Below are positions 7,876 to 17,724 of a stretch of 64,000 nt of DNA, in pieces. The translations under genes were made by a program, and so were the position numbers. The DNA is taken from contig JAHJQN010000007.1 in the NCBI GenBank assembly GCA_018819225.1, positions 32,001 to 96,000 of the forward strand, in the 5' to 3' direction. Positions within the stretch are counted from its first letter, which is position 1. The number at the start of each line of letters is the position of its first letter. The DNA comes from Candidatus Micrarchaeota archaeon. Its GTDB lineage: Archaea > Micrarchaeota > Micrarchaeia > Norongarragalinales > SBBD01. The notes beneath the pieces are model-generated. The model was not told where the DNA came from. It searched no databases and was given only the letters and a program-made list of their open reading frames with translations.

Positions 7876-9138
7876 ATGCGAATGAAAGCTGGGCGTTGGA
7901 TGATCATCAGCTTGTTTTTACTGGGATGCATTCAAGGAGATCCGGCTGCAACGACGTCCTCCATTCAAGAAACGGGCACGCCGTTACCCACGGAGGAAGT
8001 GACGGTTCAGGCCACGAGCACCATGCAAACAACGCCCGCGGTTTCGGCGACTCCGGAAATCACTCCTACAATAAAAGAAACGCCTTCACCGGAACCCGCA
8101 CGCGATCCGGACGCCGAGTACTATTACTGGATTCAAGAAGAGTATGCGGATGTGGATTTGCCGAGTTGCGAGGGAAAGGCGTTTACGCACCCGCCCTCCG
8201 GTTGGAACGACTTCGTGAAACTGATTCCGCTCGGAAATCTTTTCCCGCCGGAGCACACGATTCCCACGCACCATATGTACATTCGCTTGGAGTACGCGAA
8301 GCAGGTCGATTTTCAAGCCATTGGGGATATCCGAATCCTTGAAATCGTCCGCTACCGTTACCCCGAGCAAAACGATGAAGATTACATGTTTACGTTTGCG
8401 CTCTGCGATCAGGTATACGGGTATTTCATTCACATCCGCCAACTATCGGACAAGGTCATGAAAGCGTTTGATGAAGGAGCATGCGAAGAAGACAGTTACG
8501 GCGACGGAAAATACCAGACGTGCACGAGAAAAGTGGATGTGGAAGTAAAAGGTGGGGAGTATTTGGGCCGGGTCGGAAAGAAGGACACTGGAGGATACGA
8601 TCTCGGGGTGTACGACTTGAGGAAGCCATTGAAATGGGCGAACCCCGCGAGAAATCAGGGACGCGCGATGTTGTTGGTTTGCCCACTGGATTATTACGCG
8701 GACGGGGTTCGGAAACAAATGTATGAAAAGATCGAGAGGGAAGAAGAGCCGCGTTGCGGGAAAGTGAATCAAGACGTAAACGGAACGTTGAAAGGCAATT
8801 GGTACCATGAGAGCGCGAACCCGGAAGGCCATGGCGAGTGGAACACGGAATTGGCGTTTGCCGAAGACAATAACGAGCCCACCACGTACGCGGTATCCAT
8901 AGGAGGAATATTTACGGACGCGGGGCGGGTTGATTTCAAACCAAAGCATTCGGGAACCATTAATCGGGCGTTTGAGGAAGTAAAACCAGATGGAAAAGCG
9001 TATTGCTATGAAGGCGAAGGGAAGAACGGAAGCGTTATCATCGAAATGGAGAGCGAGACCACGTTGAAGATCGAGAAGAAGATGGGATCGTGCGGTTCAA
9101 GTCCCTCGTTCAATGCGCCGTACACGTATCATCGGTAG
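7876..9138 (+). CDS. Lipoprotein-like surface protein with a possible degenerate M23-like fold
   Basis: LLGC lipobox-like motif, T/P-rich linker, 'HTIPTHHMY..YFIHI..VKGGEYLGRVG..VCPLDYY'. Confidence 0.6.
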   Translation: MRMKAGRWMIISLFLLGCIQGDPAATTSSIQETGTPLPTEEVTVQATSTMQTTPAVSATPEITPTIKETPSPEPARDPDAEYYYWIQEEYADVDLPSCEGKAFTHPPSGWNDFVKLIPLGNLFPPEHTIPTHHMYIRLEYAKQVDFQAIGDIRILEIVRYRYPEQNDEDYMFTFALCDQVYGYFIHIRQLSDKVMKAFDEGACEEDSYGDGKYQTCTRKVDVEVKGGEYLGRVGKKDTGGYDLGVYDLRKPLKWANPARNQGRAMLLVCPLDYYADGVRKQMYEKIEREEEPRCGKVNQDVNGTLKGNWYHESANPEGHGEWNTELAFAEDNNEPTTYAVSIGGIFTDAGRVDFKPKHSGTINRAFEEVKPDGKAYCYEGEGKNGSVIIEMESETTLKIEKKMGSCGSSPSFNAPYTYHR

Positions 9139-9139
9139 A

Positions 9140-10591
9140 CTATCCCGGCAGCTTATCCACGTTTAAAAGATTGGTCCATGTCTTTCCGCCATCCGCGGAC
9201 TTCCAAACGTACGCATAATTCGCTATCATGAATACGGTTTTCGAATCGTCGGGATGCCATACGATGTGGGACACGTAGACCTTCGCGTCCCGCACGCCAG
9301 GAGGAAGGGGGCTGAGTTCCTGCCAGGTCAGGCCGCCATCCGCACTTTCCATTAAACTATTGCGCACTAAGGTATAGCCAAGAAGGTGGTTACCGGACGC
9401 GTCGTGCGGGTCGTATCGCGCCACATCCAAATAGAACGGGGTTTCATGGAACGTGCTGCCGCCATCCAACGTCACGAAACTTTTCTGATCGTCGTACGTC
9501 GAGCCTTCATCAAAACGCAATGGTTTCACAAAAAAGTGATTGAATTGATTAAAGGAAACATCTCCCCCGAAAATCGATCGGTATTTCTCGGGAAGGTTTT
9601 TGGCGAGCGCAGACCACGACGCGCCTCCGTCACGGGAAACCACGGGACCGAATTGCACGGGAAGCATCACTTCCAAATGAGAGCCGTCTGGAGAAACGGC
9701 GTGGTCGTGGGAATTCGTCAATGCCAGCACGTGCCGTGAATTTTCCGGGTTCACGAAAATGGCGATTCCTTGAAGACCAACCAACAGACCGGTGGGAAGT
9801 TCATCCCACGTCTCGCCGCCGTTTACGGTTTTGTAAAAAACCCCGTCATAGACTGTTTTCCAGTTGGGATCAGGATCCGAAATGGTGGGAGCGGTACTGT
9901 CCACGCCATAGTAAATGATCTGCGGATTCGTTGGATCGAATGCCAGTGCGCCCGTTCCGCCGGCGTTCATGCGATCTTTAAGGAGTTGGTGCCATGATTC
10001 GCCGACATCCAAGGACTCCCACACCCCCGCGGTTTCGGAATAGGGATCGTAAATGGTTCCGGTAGACGTATCCGCGCGGGCAAACAATATGCGATCGGAA
10101 TCCGTGGGATCGATGATCATTTGGCCGACGTCTCCATAACAGTATTTGCCCGGGTTTTCGGAATCGGGATACGCGCGCAAACCGTTGTTGATCGATTTCC
10201 ACGAAATACCGCCGTTGGTGGTTTTCAAAATGCCGGCGCCCTCCATTCCGATATACATTATTTGCGGATTCTTGGAATCAATCACCAAGGACTTCCCGGG
10301 ATGGAACGACTGGCGTTCTTGAGAGCAAGGCAAGCCGTTCTCCATCAAATGCTGGGAGCTGGGGCTGTACGTGGGAGACGACGCTCCCGACGGTGAAGGG
10401 GCTAACGAAGGGGAAGGGGTTTCGGAAGCACGTAGGGTGGGTTCGGGAGAAGGAGTTAATGAAGGCGGGAGTACCGTAGGAGTTTGAGTCGGTGAGGAAG
10501 AAGGGGAATCGACGGGAGGCGATTGAACGCAACCAAATGCAAGAAACGCGATGAGAAGAATCAGCCAAGAACGACGATGCATGAAAATCAT
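9140..10591 (-). CDS. Lipoprotein-like BNR/Asp-box beta-propeller (sortilin/GH74-like)
   Basis: LAFGC, S/P/T linker, about seven S/T-x-D/N-G-G-x-T/S-W repeats. Confidence 0.85.
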   Translation of the reverse strand: MIFMHRRSWLILLIAFLAFGCVQSPPVDSPSSSPTQTPTVLPPSLTPSPEPTLRASETPSPSLAPSPSGASSPTYSPSSQHLMENGLPCSQERQSFHPGKSLVIDSKNPQIMYIGMEGAGILKTTNGGISWKSINNGLRAYPDSENPGKYCYGDVGQMIIDPTDSDRILFARADTSTGTIYDPYSETAGVWESLDVGESWHQLLKDRMNAGGTGALAFDPTNPQIIYYGVDSTAPTISDPDPNWKTVYDGVFYKTVNGGETWDELPTGLLVGLQGIAIFVNPENSRHVLALTNSHDHAVSPDGSHLEVMLPVQFGPVVSRDGGASWSALAKNLPEKYRSIFGGDVSFNQFNHFFVKPLRFDEGSTYDDQKSFVTLDGGSTFHETPFYLDVARYDPHDASGNHLLGYTLVRNSLMESADGGLTWQELSPLPPGVRDAKVYVSHIVWHPDDSKTVFMIANYAYVWKSADGGKTWTNLLNVDKLPG

Positions 10592-10677
10592 CCAAATGAA
10601 AGACTTCGCCGGAACTTAAAAACGTGCGGAGGTCTTGGAAAAGAGATGTTTTTATTCCATGAAAGAGAAGTGAACGT

Positions 10678-11778
10678 ATGCGGCAGGTAAAGAAAAGAAA
10701 AATCGCGAAAGTGGAAAGAAAGGAGTCGCGATGGCCAAACCCTCAAACGGTTCCCATTATCGCGATTATTTTCCTGTTGTTGCCGTTTCTCGCCATGGCG
10801 ATGGCGTGGTATGGGCAAACGGGAGCGCCGTGGGGATCCGATCTCGCCGTGCAGATCGCCAAGTTTCAGGGATTAACCTACGAAGAGCTCGTGGCGTTGC
10901 CGTACGCGCACAATTACGAGGCCTTTGAAGTCAACGGCGAGTTGCTGGTCAGCGACGAAAGCCGGGCGGCGTGGAAATCGTATTATGAAGGGTATCCGAG
11001 CGGGTTGACGTTCATTCTCCTGTTTCCGCTGTCCCTGCTATTTCCGTTGGAGTTGGCCGCGAGTCTCGCGGTGTTTATTGCGTTATTCATTGTGGCATTA
11101 TTGGTTTACGAGGCGAGCGGACGCGAATGGATGGCGCCGTTGTTGTTGGTATGGGGAAGCAAGTACGTGCTCTCGAATTCCATTGGAGGGGGGTTGCCGC
11201 TGGTTCTGATCAGCGCGTTTGTGCTGGCGTTTCTGATGGTGAAGAATACTGGTTTTCGATTGCTTCTCGTGCTGCTCGGTGCGTTTACGCACCAATGGGG
11301 CGTGTTCTTCATGGGCGCATTGATGGGCGTATCGTTGCTCATGCGATGGATGGGAACAGGAGCCGCACTGGCGTTGCCGACACCGTTGCAGGCGCCCTTT
11401 GAACGCCTTCAATTCTTTTCGAATACGCATGCGGGATCCGCATTGCTCATGTTTCCGGCCGGGGCACTCGCACTGTTCGAGCTGAGAACGTTGTTTAAGG
11501 AAAATAAGGAAGCGGAATTGTGGATTTTTGCGGTTGGAATGGGAACCATTGCGGCGTTGTGGAACGAAAGAACGTTTTTGATGGTGATTCCCGTGCTGGC
11601 GGTATTGGCGGGAAAGGCGTTTCGTAAACTACCGGTTTGGGGAAAGCGCGCGGTCTGGATATACTTGCTGGCGTTCTCCATTTACAACATCGTGAGTTTG
11701 ACGGATTTCTTTACGGGCATGCTATCCGCTTTCCGGAATGAAGAATTCCTGTGCCGAGTGCTCGAGCAGTGCAAATGA
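10678..11778 (+). CDS. Polytopic membrane protein, possibly GT-C glycosyltransferase-like
   Basis: About 10 TM segments; first-loop GSD, YPSG and FTHQ motifs. Confidence 0.6.
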   Translation: MRQVKKRKIAKVERKESRWPNPQTVPIIAIIFLLLPFLAMAMAWYGQTGAPWGSDLAVQIAKFQGLTYEELVALPYAHNYEAFEVNGELLVSDESRAAWKSYYEGYPSGLTFILLFPLSLLFPLELAASLAVFIALFIVALLVYEASGREWMAPLLLVWGSKYVLSNSIGGGLPLVLISAFVLAFLMVKNTGFRLLLVLLGAFTHQWGVFFMGALMGVSLLMRWMGTGAALALPTPLQAPFERLQFFSNTHAGSALLMFPAGALALFELRTLFKENKEAELWIFAVGMGTIAALWNERTFLMVIPVLAVLAGKAFRKLPVWGKRAVWIYLLAFSIYNIVSLTDFFTGMLSAFRNEEFLCRVLEQCK

Positions 11779-11784
11779 AAATCG

Positions 11785-12201
11785 TCAGCGTCTCCGGGCG
11801 CCTTTCCTGCGCCTCCAATTATGGAACTCGTGAAACTCGACTTCCACTTTCTCCGCAGTATCCGAACGCTTCTTGAACGCGTAAATGAAGATCACGAGCG
11901 AGATGAGGAGAAGCGAATCCGTCCATGCCCCTGCACACGTTCCGCCAAAACATATTTGGGCTTCACGCAAAAACAATGCGAGGGCCATGATGCCGATCCC
12001 CAAATAGAACACGAGGGAAATGCGCCAGTCCCAACGCACTTTTCCGCGGCGTTTCTGGGAATAGACGACGAAAACGTAAATTAAAAGATACAACAATACG
12101 AGTAGGGAAACGACGAGCGTCAACGCGCCGACCAAATCAAACCCCGAGGCCACGGAAACCATAGACATCTCTCGACCAACCCGGGAAGCGATTCCCGGCA
12201 T
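11785..12201 (-). CDS. Small 3-TM membrane protein (true start may be 12162 or 12168)
   Basis: Three hydrophobic helices and a basic tail. Confidence 0.6.
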   Translation of the reverse strand: MPGIASRVGREMSMVSVASGFDLVGALTLVVSLLVLLYLLIYVFVVYSQKRRGKVRWDWRISLVFYLGIGIMALALFLREAQICFGGTCAGAWTDSLLLISLVIFIYAFKKRSDTAEKVEVEFHEFHNWRRRKGARRR

Positions 12202-12236
12202 ACAAGCAAACTCTGAAACGGTATAAAAAGGGTGCG

Positions 12237-12866
12237 TTAAGGCCGCGAGAGAAGCACGCGCGCTGGAGAGGCTTCTGCACCCGCTACGAGCAGCGGCAAC
12301 CCCATGAACGTGTACGGACCCGGGGAAATACGGCGGAGGTTCAAGCCCTCAAATACGGCAATGCCCGCCTTCAAAAGCGTCTCGTGCACGCGTTGATTCC
12401 CGGAATGAAATCGTTGAACGGACAAGGAATCAACGCCTAACGTGCGCACTCCCTTCATTTTCAGAAAACGCGCGGCATCCAACGACACGTGAACGTAATC
12501 GGCGTGGAAGCGATTGAAACCGCGAAGCGAATTCCGAGTTTTAAACAGGACAATCTCGTTTTTTTTAATGCGGAAGTTTTGTAAATCACTCGCGGTAATA
12601 CCGGACGTCACGTGCGTCAAATCCAGGACGCGGCACGCGCCATGAAAATGCGCCAACGCCAATTGGTCAACGCTTTTTTTACTCCAGAGCACGTGCTTGG
12701 GCGCGTCCACATGCGTCCCCGTATGGCTGCCGATACGCAACTCGGACAGATTCGTGGAAGCGCGAGGACGGCGGCTGTAAAACCGGAGGGAAGGACGCGG
12801 GTTTCCGGGATAAATAGGCATGCGCGAAGAAATGGGAAGCGACACATCGTAAAGCATGAAAATCAC
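12237..12866 (-). CDS. Cyclase family (kynurenine formamidase-like) metal hydrolase
   Basis: YPGNP, HTGTHVDAPKH, LGVDSLS, HETLL, EGL, GAEASPAR. Confidence 0.92.
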   Translation of the reverse strand: MIFMLYDVSLPISSRMPIYPGNPRPSLRFYSRRPRASTNLSELRIGSHTGTHVDAPKHVLWSKKSVDQLALAHFHGACRVLDLTHVTSGITASDLQNFRIKKNEIVLFKTRNSLRGFNRFHADYVHVSLDAARFLKMKGVRTLGVDSLSVQRFHSGNQRVHETLLKAGIAVFEGLNLRRISPGPYTFMGLPLLVAGAEASPARVLLSRP

Positions 12867-13777
12867 CGGCGTTTTTTTACTACGGGATGCCCCCCGAACT
12901 CATTGCGGATCGCGGCAATCACTTTGCCGCTAAAGCGACCGGTTTTCTTGGAACGTCTGCGCTCTCGAAGCGCCCATTCCACTGAACGCATGCGCGCCCC
13001 GTATTTCCGGGCCGTGCGCGATGCCCACCCGCCGGTTTCGCCGCCGCCCACGACCCCGGAAAGGGCATTCAAATGAGGATCTTTACGAAACGCGGATTCC
13101 GCGAGCTCCAATAACCACGAACGGATGACCCCGCCATGATTCCAAACGCGCGCAACGTCTGCATGCGATAAGGAATACGGCCCTTTTTCCAGCACCTCAA
13201 ACCCTTCTCCGTAGGCTTGAAGCAATGAATACTCGATGCCGTTGTGAATCATTTTAACGTAATGACCGGCGCCGGCTGGCCCCATATAACCAAAGCCGTT
13301 CGGAGCCGCTAGATCGCGGAAAAGTGGTTTCAGGCCATTGAAAACCGAGCGGTCGCCGCCGATAGTCAGCGAAGCGCCAGACGACGCGCCCTCTAAACCG
13401 CCGGACGTTCCCACGTCCAGAAAATGAATGCGTTTTTTCTTCAGGCTCGTATAGCGACGCCGGGAATCTTCGTAAAACGAGTTGCCTCCATCGATCACGA
13501 CATCGCCGCGATCGAGTAAGGGAGTCAGTGAAGCAAGAACGTGGTCGACGGGTGCGCCGGCAGGAATCATGATCCAGAACACGCGCGGAGATGGAAGCAA
13601 TGAAACGATGTGCTCAAGTGAATGAGCAGCCCGTGCGCGGGAATGCTTGGAAAACGATCGCGTAACCGAAGGCGAGCGATCGAATGCGACGACGCGGTGA
13701 CCGCGTTTAAGCAAACGCGTGGCCATGTTGCGGCCCATGCGACCTAAACCGATAAAACCGATTTTCATATGCGTCAC
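12863..13777 (-). CDS. gnd: 6-Phosphogluconate dehydrogenase, decarboxylating (short GntZ/YqeC type)
   Basis: IGLGRMG, IDGGNS, DVGTSGG, GAGHYVKMIHNGIEY, IRSWLL, IRNEFGGH. Confidence 0.95.
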   Translation of the reverse strand: MTHMKIGFIGLGRMGRNMATRLLKRGHRVVAFDRSPSVTRSFSKHSRARAAHSLEHIVSLLPSPRVFWIMIPAGAPVDHVLASLTPLLDRGDVVIDGGNSFYEDSRRRYTSLKKKRIHFLDVGTSGGLEGASSGASLTIGGDRSVFNGLKPLFRDLAAPNGFGYMGPAGAGHYVKMIHNGIEYSLLQAYGEGFEVLEKGPYSLSHADVARVWNHGGVIRSWLLELAESAFRKDPHLNALSGVVGGGETGGWASRTARKYGARMRSVEWALRERRRSKKTGRFSGKVIAAIRNEFGGHPVVKKRR

Positions 13778-14925
13778 CGTTTATGCGATTCCAGCGGATG
13801 CACTTCCACGACGATCTTAAGCTGCTTCTCGTCCTGAACTTCAAACGCTTTTTCCGCTTTAGCTAAGGGGAAGCGGTGCGTGATCGCCTCGTTCAGAATG
13901 CCTTTAAATCGGGCATTGATGCGCGGAATGTCGTGCAATGCTTGCTGGAAATGCCGGAGATTGGAATTCACGGAGCCCACGATCACGATGTTATGGCGCA
14001 CGATCTGGCGCAAAATGCTATGGGAATCCAACTCTTCCATTTTTATTCCGCGGGGAATGCCGGTCATCAAGTAAATGCTGCTACGCGACATCAACGGAAT
14101 CAAACTCAACGCCAATTTGGATGCGCCTGAGGCCTCGAAAATGATATCCAGCGTACTTAACGAACAGCACAAGTGCACGATTTCTTCAGGCGTCTTGCCG
14201 CGAGCGTCAATGTATTTAGCGCCCAATTTCTTGATCATCTCCACCTTATAGTGATCCTCGGGAACGATTTCCACCACGTATACATCCACATCCTCCAAGC
14301 GAAGCAACGCCGTGGCAAGAAATCCTAACGGACCCGCGCCGATCACTAACGCGGTCTTGCAATGACCCCAGCCGGGCTGATCGAACCCGTGCTTTTTGTG
14401 TCCGCACGCCCAAGGCAAGCGACTTTGAATGTGTCGAATTTGTTCCACGGCCTTTTCCGCGATGCTTAAAGGCTCAACGAACACGCCGAACTGCGCGAGC
14501 TCGCGAGGGATTTTGAGCAGGTACTGCGATTCATCCACGAAATATTCGGTGAGGAATCCGTCGGTTTTGTGAATGCCGCGTTCCGTGTAAAGACCGGTCA
14601 GGCACATGTCGCTTTGGTTGTGCAAGCACGGTGCGCAGATTCCGCACCCGCGACGCACGGTCGCCGTAACGAAATCCCCTTTCCGAAACCCTTGGACCTC
14701 CTTCCCGTGTGCTTCGACCATGCCCAGGACTTCATGACCGAGAATCAAGCGATCGCGATCTTTCGCGATGTCGGGAATGTTGCTCTTGAGAATGCCGAAA
14801 TCGGTTCCGTCCACGCCGGTTTCCAGAATGCGTACTAGAACATGGTTTGGAGAGGTAATCGAAGGCTTGGGAGCAGTAAAAGCATGGATGCCTTTCCTTA
14901 CTCGAAACATTCCTACGGCGCGCAT
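13774..14925 (-). CDS. gdh: Zn-dependent glucose 1-dehydrogenase (MDR family)
   Basis: GVDGTD, LGHE, TVRRGCGIC.PC..QSDMC.TG.YTERGI, VEPLS, GAGPLG, GSVNS. Confidence 0.9.
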   Translation of the reverse strand: MRAVGMFRVRKGIHAFTAPKPSITSPNHVLVRILETGVDGTDFGILKSNIPDIAKDRDRLILGHEVLGMVEAHGKEVQGFRKGDFVTATVRRGCGICAPCLHNQSDMCLTGLYTERGIHKTDGFLTEYFVDESQYLLKIPRELAQFGVFVEPLSIAEKAVEQIRHIQSRLPWACGHKKHGFDQPGWGHCKTALVIGAGPLGFLATALLRLEDVDVYVVEIVPEDHYKVEMIKKLGAKYIDARGKTPEEIVHLCCSLSTLDIIFEASGASKLALSLIPLMSRSSIYLMTGIPRGIKMEELDSHSILRQIVRHNIVIVGSVNSNLRHFQQALHDIPRINARFKGILNEAITHRFPLAKAEKAFEVQDEKQLKIVVEVHPLESHKR

Positions 14926-15050
14926 GAAAAACCCCTTTCAGTAGCAATAAAGGATCGCGAACCGAAGTATAAATGGCTTTGGTTAAACGGAACCGGCCGC
15001 CAAACGCTTTTTATACGAGAACCCGCATGCACGTTTTGGGTGAGGGCCGC

Positions 15051-15305
15051 ATGACCGAAAAAGAAGTCGGAAAAGTATTGCATGTTTTCGGAAAGCTCGG
15101 CGTAGCCATCATCGAACTCTCGGGCACGCTCCGCATCGGGGACTCGATAGTCATCCGGGGCCCGCATACGGACATGCAACAAACCGTTGAAAGCATGCAG
15201 ATCGAACACAAGGTCGTCACGGAAGCCAAGGCAGGGGAAAGCATTGGATTGAAAGTCAACGAACCCGTGCACGATCACAATATCGTCTACAAACTGGAAG
15301 ACTAA
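15051..15305 (+). CDS. Small EF-Tu domain II-like beta-barrel protein
   Basis: EKEVGKVLHVFGKLGVA..L.IGD.I..QTVESMQIEH..AKAGESIGLKV..VYK; start moved to ATG 15051. Confidence 0.8.
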   Translation: MTEKEVGKVLHVFGKLGVAIIELSGTLRIGDSIVIRGPHTDMQQTVESMQIEHKVVTEAKAGESIGLKVNEPVHDHNIVYKLED

Positions 15306-16048
15306 AGCGTTTTGAGAAAGGAGTGAATGGCGCGTAATGCGGGTTCGGCATGCGTTTCCAGGGTATGGGAACCGTTGTCAATTAACGCGAGTTGCTTGGG
15401 ATCGCGCGCGAGCTGAAACGCGTGCTCGCTTTCCGAGAATGGAACGAGCGCATCGCGTTTTCCGTGAATGAAAAGAGCAGGGCAAGTCATGTCACGAACG
15501 GCTTTCTCGATATCGAAGCGGCACTGATCTTCTTTAAACGAATAATTCAAATCAAACTCGCTTCCGAGACCTCGGATGCGTAAAATGCCCGTTGCAGGCC
15601 ACGCATCCACCTCTTTTTTGGAATAGAATGCGTCCGGATAACGCGAGAAATGAAGGGGGGTGGCTACCAGGATTAACGCATCCACATCGTTTTGGTAAGC
15701 GGCTCGCAGCAACGCAACCACTCCACCCATCGAATGCCCGATCAGAAACAGTTTCTTAAACGAATAATGCGTTCGGAGAAAGCGGATCGCGGCATCGAGA
15801 TCCGAAAGCTCTTGCGACGTGGAGATTTCGCGTGGGTCGCCATCGCTTTCGCCGTGCCCGAAAAAATCAAATGCGAGCACCAACAAGCCTGATTTCTCGA
15901 GGGATTCCATCCAGACGCGTTTGCGGGAAGAGAAACGATTTCCCGCAAATCCATGCAATAAAATCACGGCGTGTGAAAAGCGTTCGGGAACGAAGAGTGT
16001 TCCGTGCAACGAACCGCGCGAACCCTTGAAAGAAACAGGGGATTCCAT
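15302..16048 (-). CDS. Alpha/beta hydrolase
   Basis: LHGF, FDFFGHGESDG, GHSMGG, HGKRD.LVP, catalytic His in GSH. Confidence 0.92.
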   Translation of the reverse strand: MESPVSFKGSRGSLHGTLFVPERFSHAVILLHGFAGNRFSSRKRVWMESLEKSGLLVLAFDFFGHGESDGDPREISTSQELSDLDAAIRFLRTHYSFKKLFLIGHSMGGVVALLRAAYQNDVDALILVATPLHFSRYPDAFYSKKEVDAWPATGILRIRGLGSEFDLNYSFKEDQCRFDIEKAVRDMTCPALFIHGKRDALVPFSESEHAFQLARDPKQLALIDNGSHTLETHAEPALRAIHSFLKTL

Positions 16049-16056
16049 GTTAAAAC

Positions 16057-16752
16057 CTAACGGATCCGGATCACGTTTTCCTTGGAAAAATCAGGGGGTT
16101 TCAAGCCCGCGCGGGCGTAAGCGCGTAAAGGAACCGTCATATAGGAAACGTAGAGATCTCCTACGAATGGTGCAGCAGAAGGTGCGAGCAAGCCTGTCTT
16201 GAGGCCGCTGAGTGCAATCGTTGCGCGTGCGCGAATGCATGGCTTCGCCGGCAACCCGGAATCGGCATCCAACCCCGACGGAAGGTCGATGGAAAGAATA
16301 GGGATTTCGGAGGCGTTCGCTTGATCAATGAGTTCTGAAAACGGGGGCCGGGGAGAGCCTTTCAAGTTATAGCCAAACAATCCGTCCACCAGCAATCCGA
16401 ACGCCTTCCAGTTTGGAGGAGACGACGGATCGAACACGGAGAGGGGAACGCGCATTTTCATTAAAATATCGTATTGCGCGCGGGATTCCGGAACTAATTT
16501 ATGCGGAGGAAGAGCCAGAAGTGCTTCCGCGTCAACGCCTTTATTGCACGAGTGGCGTACTGCAGAAAGCGCATCGCCGCCGTTATGCCCGGGACCGACC
16601 AGGGCGAGCATGCGTTTTCCCTTCATGTATTTTAAGGCGAGTTCTGCTGAAAATAGGCCGGCGAGTTCCATCATGCGCGGAACCGTAATGCCGTACTCTT
16701 CAACCAGCAAGCGGTCCAGTTCAGCCATCGCATCGCGGGACAATGCGTTCAC
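16057..16752 (-). CDS. nnrE: NAD(P)H-hydrate epimerase (YjeF N-terminal domain, stand-alone)
   Basis: MELAG, GPGHNGGD, VDGLFG, IDLPSG. Confidence 0.9.
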   Translation of the reverse strand: MNALSRDAMAELDRLLVEEYGITVPRMMELAGLFSAELALKYMKGKRMLALVGPGHNGGDALSAVRHSCNKGVDAEALLALPPHKLVPESRAQYDILMKMRVPLSVFDPSSPPNWKAFGLLVDGLFGYNLKGSPRPPFSELIDQANASEIPILSIDLPSGLDADSGLPAKPCIRARATIALSGLKTGLLAPSAAPFVGDLYVSYMTVPLRAYARAGLKPPDFSKENVIRIR

Positions 16753-17480
16753 GCAGTCACCAACAAAGAAATGAAGTAGATGAGCACGACGCCAGAAAGC
16801 AGGACGACCGCGTTCAGCTTATTGGGGCGCAAATGCGTTTCCGGAATCAAATCCGCGGAAGCGATGTAAAGAAAACTGCCTGCGGAAAATGCGATGAGCA
16901 TGCCCAGAAAATCCGTGCCGATTCCTTTCAAGAAAAAGAAGGTGAGGACCGCTCCAACGGGAGTCGCCACCGCGACAATCATCGTGTACAGAATGGCCTT
17001 GCCGCGCTCCATCTTCGAGTTAAACAGAACCGACAACGTGGAAATACCTTCCGGAAATTCGTGAAGAATGACGGCCAGCGTCGTAATGAAACCGATGGAG
17101 GGACTGATCTCGAACCCGGCACCGATTGCGACTCCATCCAAAAGCGAGTGGAAGCCCAAGCCCGTTGTTGCGATGGAACCCTTGACTTGAGCGCGCGTAT
17201 CCTCTTCATGACCCGCGTGGATGAGAAAAACGTGTTCCAGCAAATAAAAGACGAGGAATCCGGCGAGAACGAACTGGTACGCGAACGGATAGAGTTCTGC
17301 GCTTTCGGGAATCAAGTGAAAGAACGCAGTCGCCATGAGTACGCCGGCTGCAAAGCTCACGAAATACGAAGAGTTTTGGCGCGCGAAGGACTCGCGGTAG
17401 AGTAAAAGGGCCATGCCGGCGACCGTTGCCAAGCCCGCAATCGTGCTGTAAAATAGGATGGGATAAAGTAACGAGGCCAT
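16749..17480 (-). CDS. ZIP family metal transporter
   Basis: SFAAGV, HSLLDG, LHEFPEG, AGSFLYIASADLIPE. Confidence 0.93.
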   Translation of the reverse strand: MASLLYPILFYSTIAGLATVAGMALLLYRESFARQNSSYFVSFAAGVLMATAFFHLIPESAELYPFAYQFVLAGFLVFYLLEHVFLIHAGHEEDTRAQVKGSIATTGLGFHSLLDGVAIGAGFEISPSIGFITTLAVILHEFPEGISTLSVLFNSKMERGKAILYTMIVAVATPVGAVLTFFFLKGIGTDFLGMLIAFSAGSFLYIASADLIPETHLRPNKLNAVVLLSGVVLIYFISLLVTA

Positions 17481-17634
17481 GCCAAAATGAGGAAAAGGAG
17501 ATTAATAATCGTTTTTGTTTACGCGACCCAAAGAAAGTAAACCGCGAGAACAATGAGCGTCGTCCACACAACCCAAGATTCTTCGTCAGCCACGAGTAGG
17601 AGTCATGAAAGTAAATGAATAAAAACAAGCGGAA

Positions 17635-17687
17635 TAAACCAACGATTTAATATATAAACAATGTTTTATAGTTAAACCGTATTTTTA
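17635..17687. promoter_or_regulatory. Three TAAAC-initiated semi-palindromic 15-mers upstream of the regulator (a fourth at 18421-18435)
   Basis: TAAACCAACGATTTA (17635), TAAACAATGTTTTAT (17655), TAAACCGTATTTTTA (17673), TAAACCATAGTTTCT (18421). Confidence 0.45.
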
Positions 17688-17724
17688 TATGAGGTTAAGG
17701 AGTTTAAAGAGTAGGTGAAGAGGT

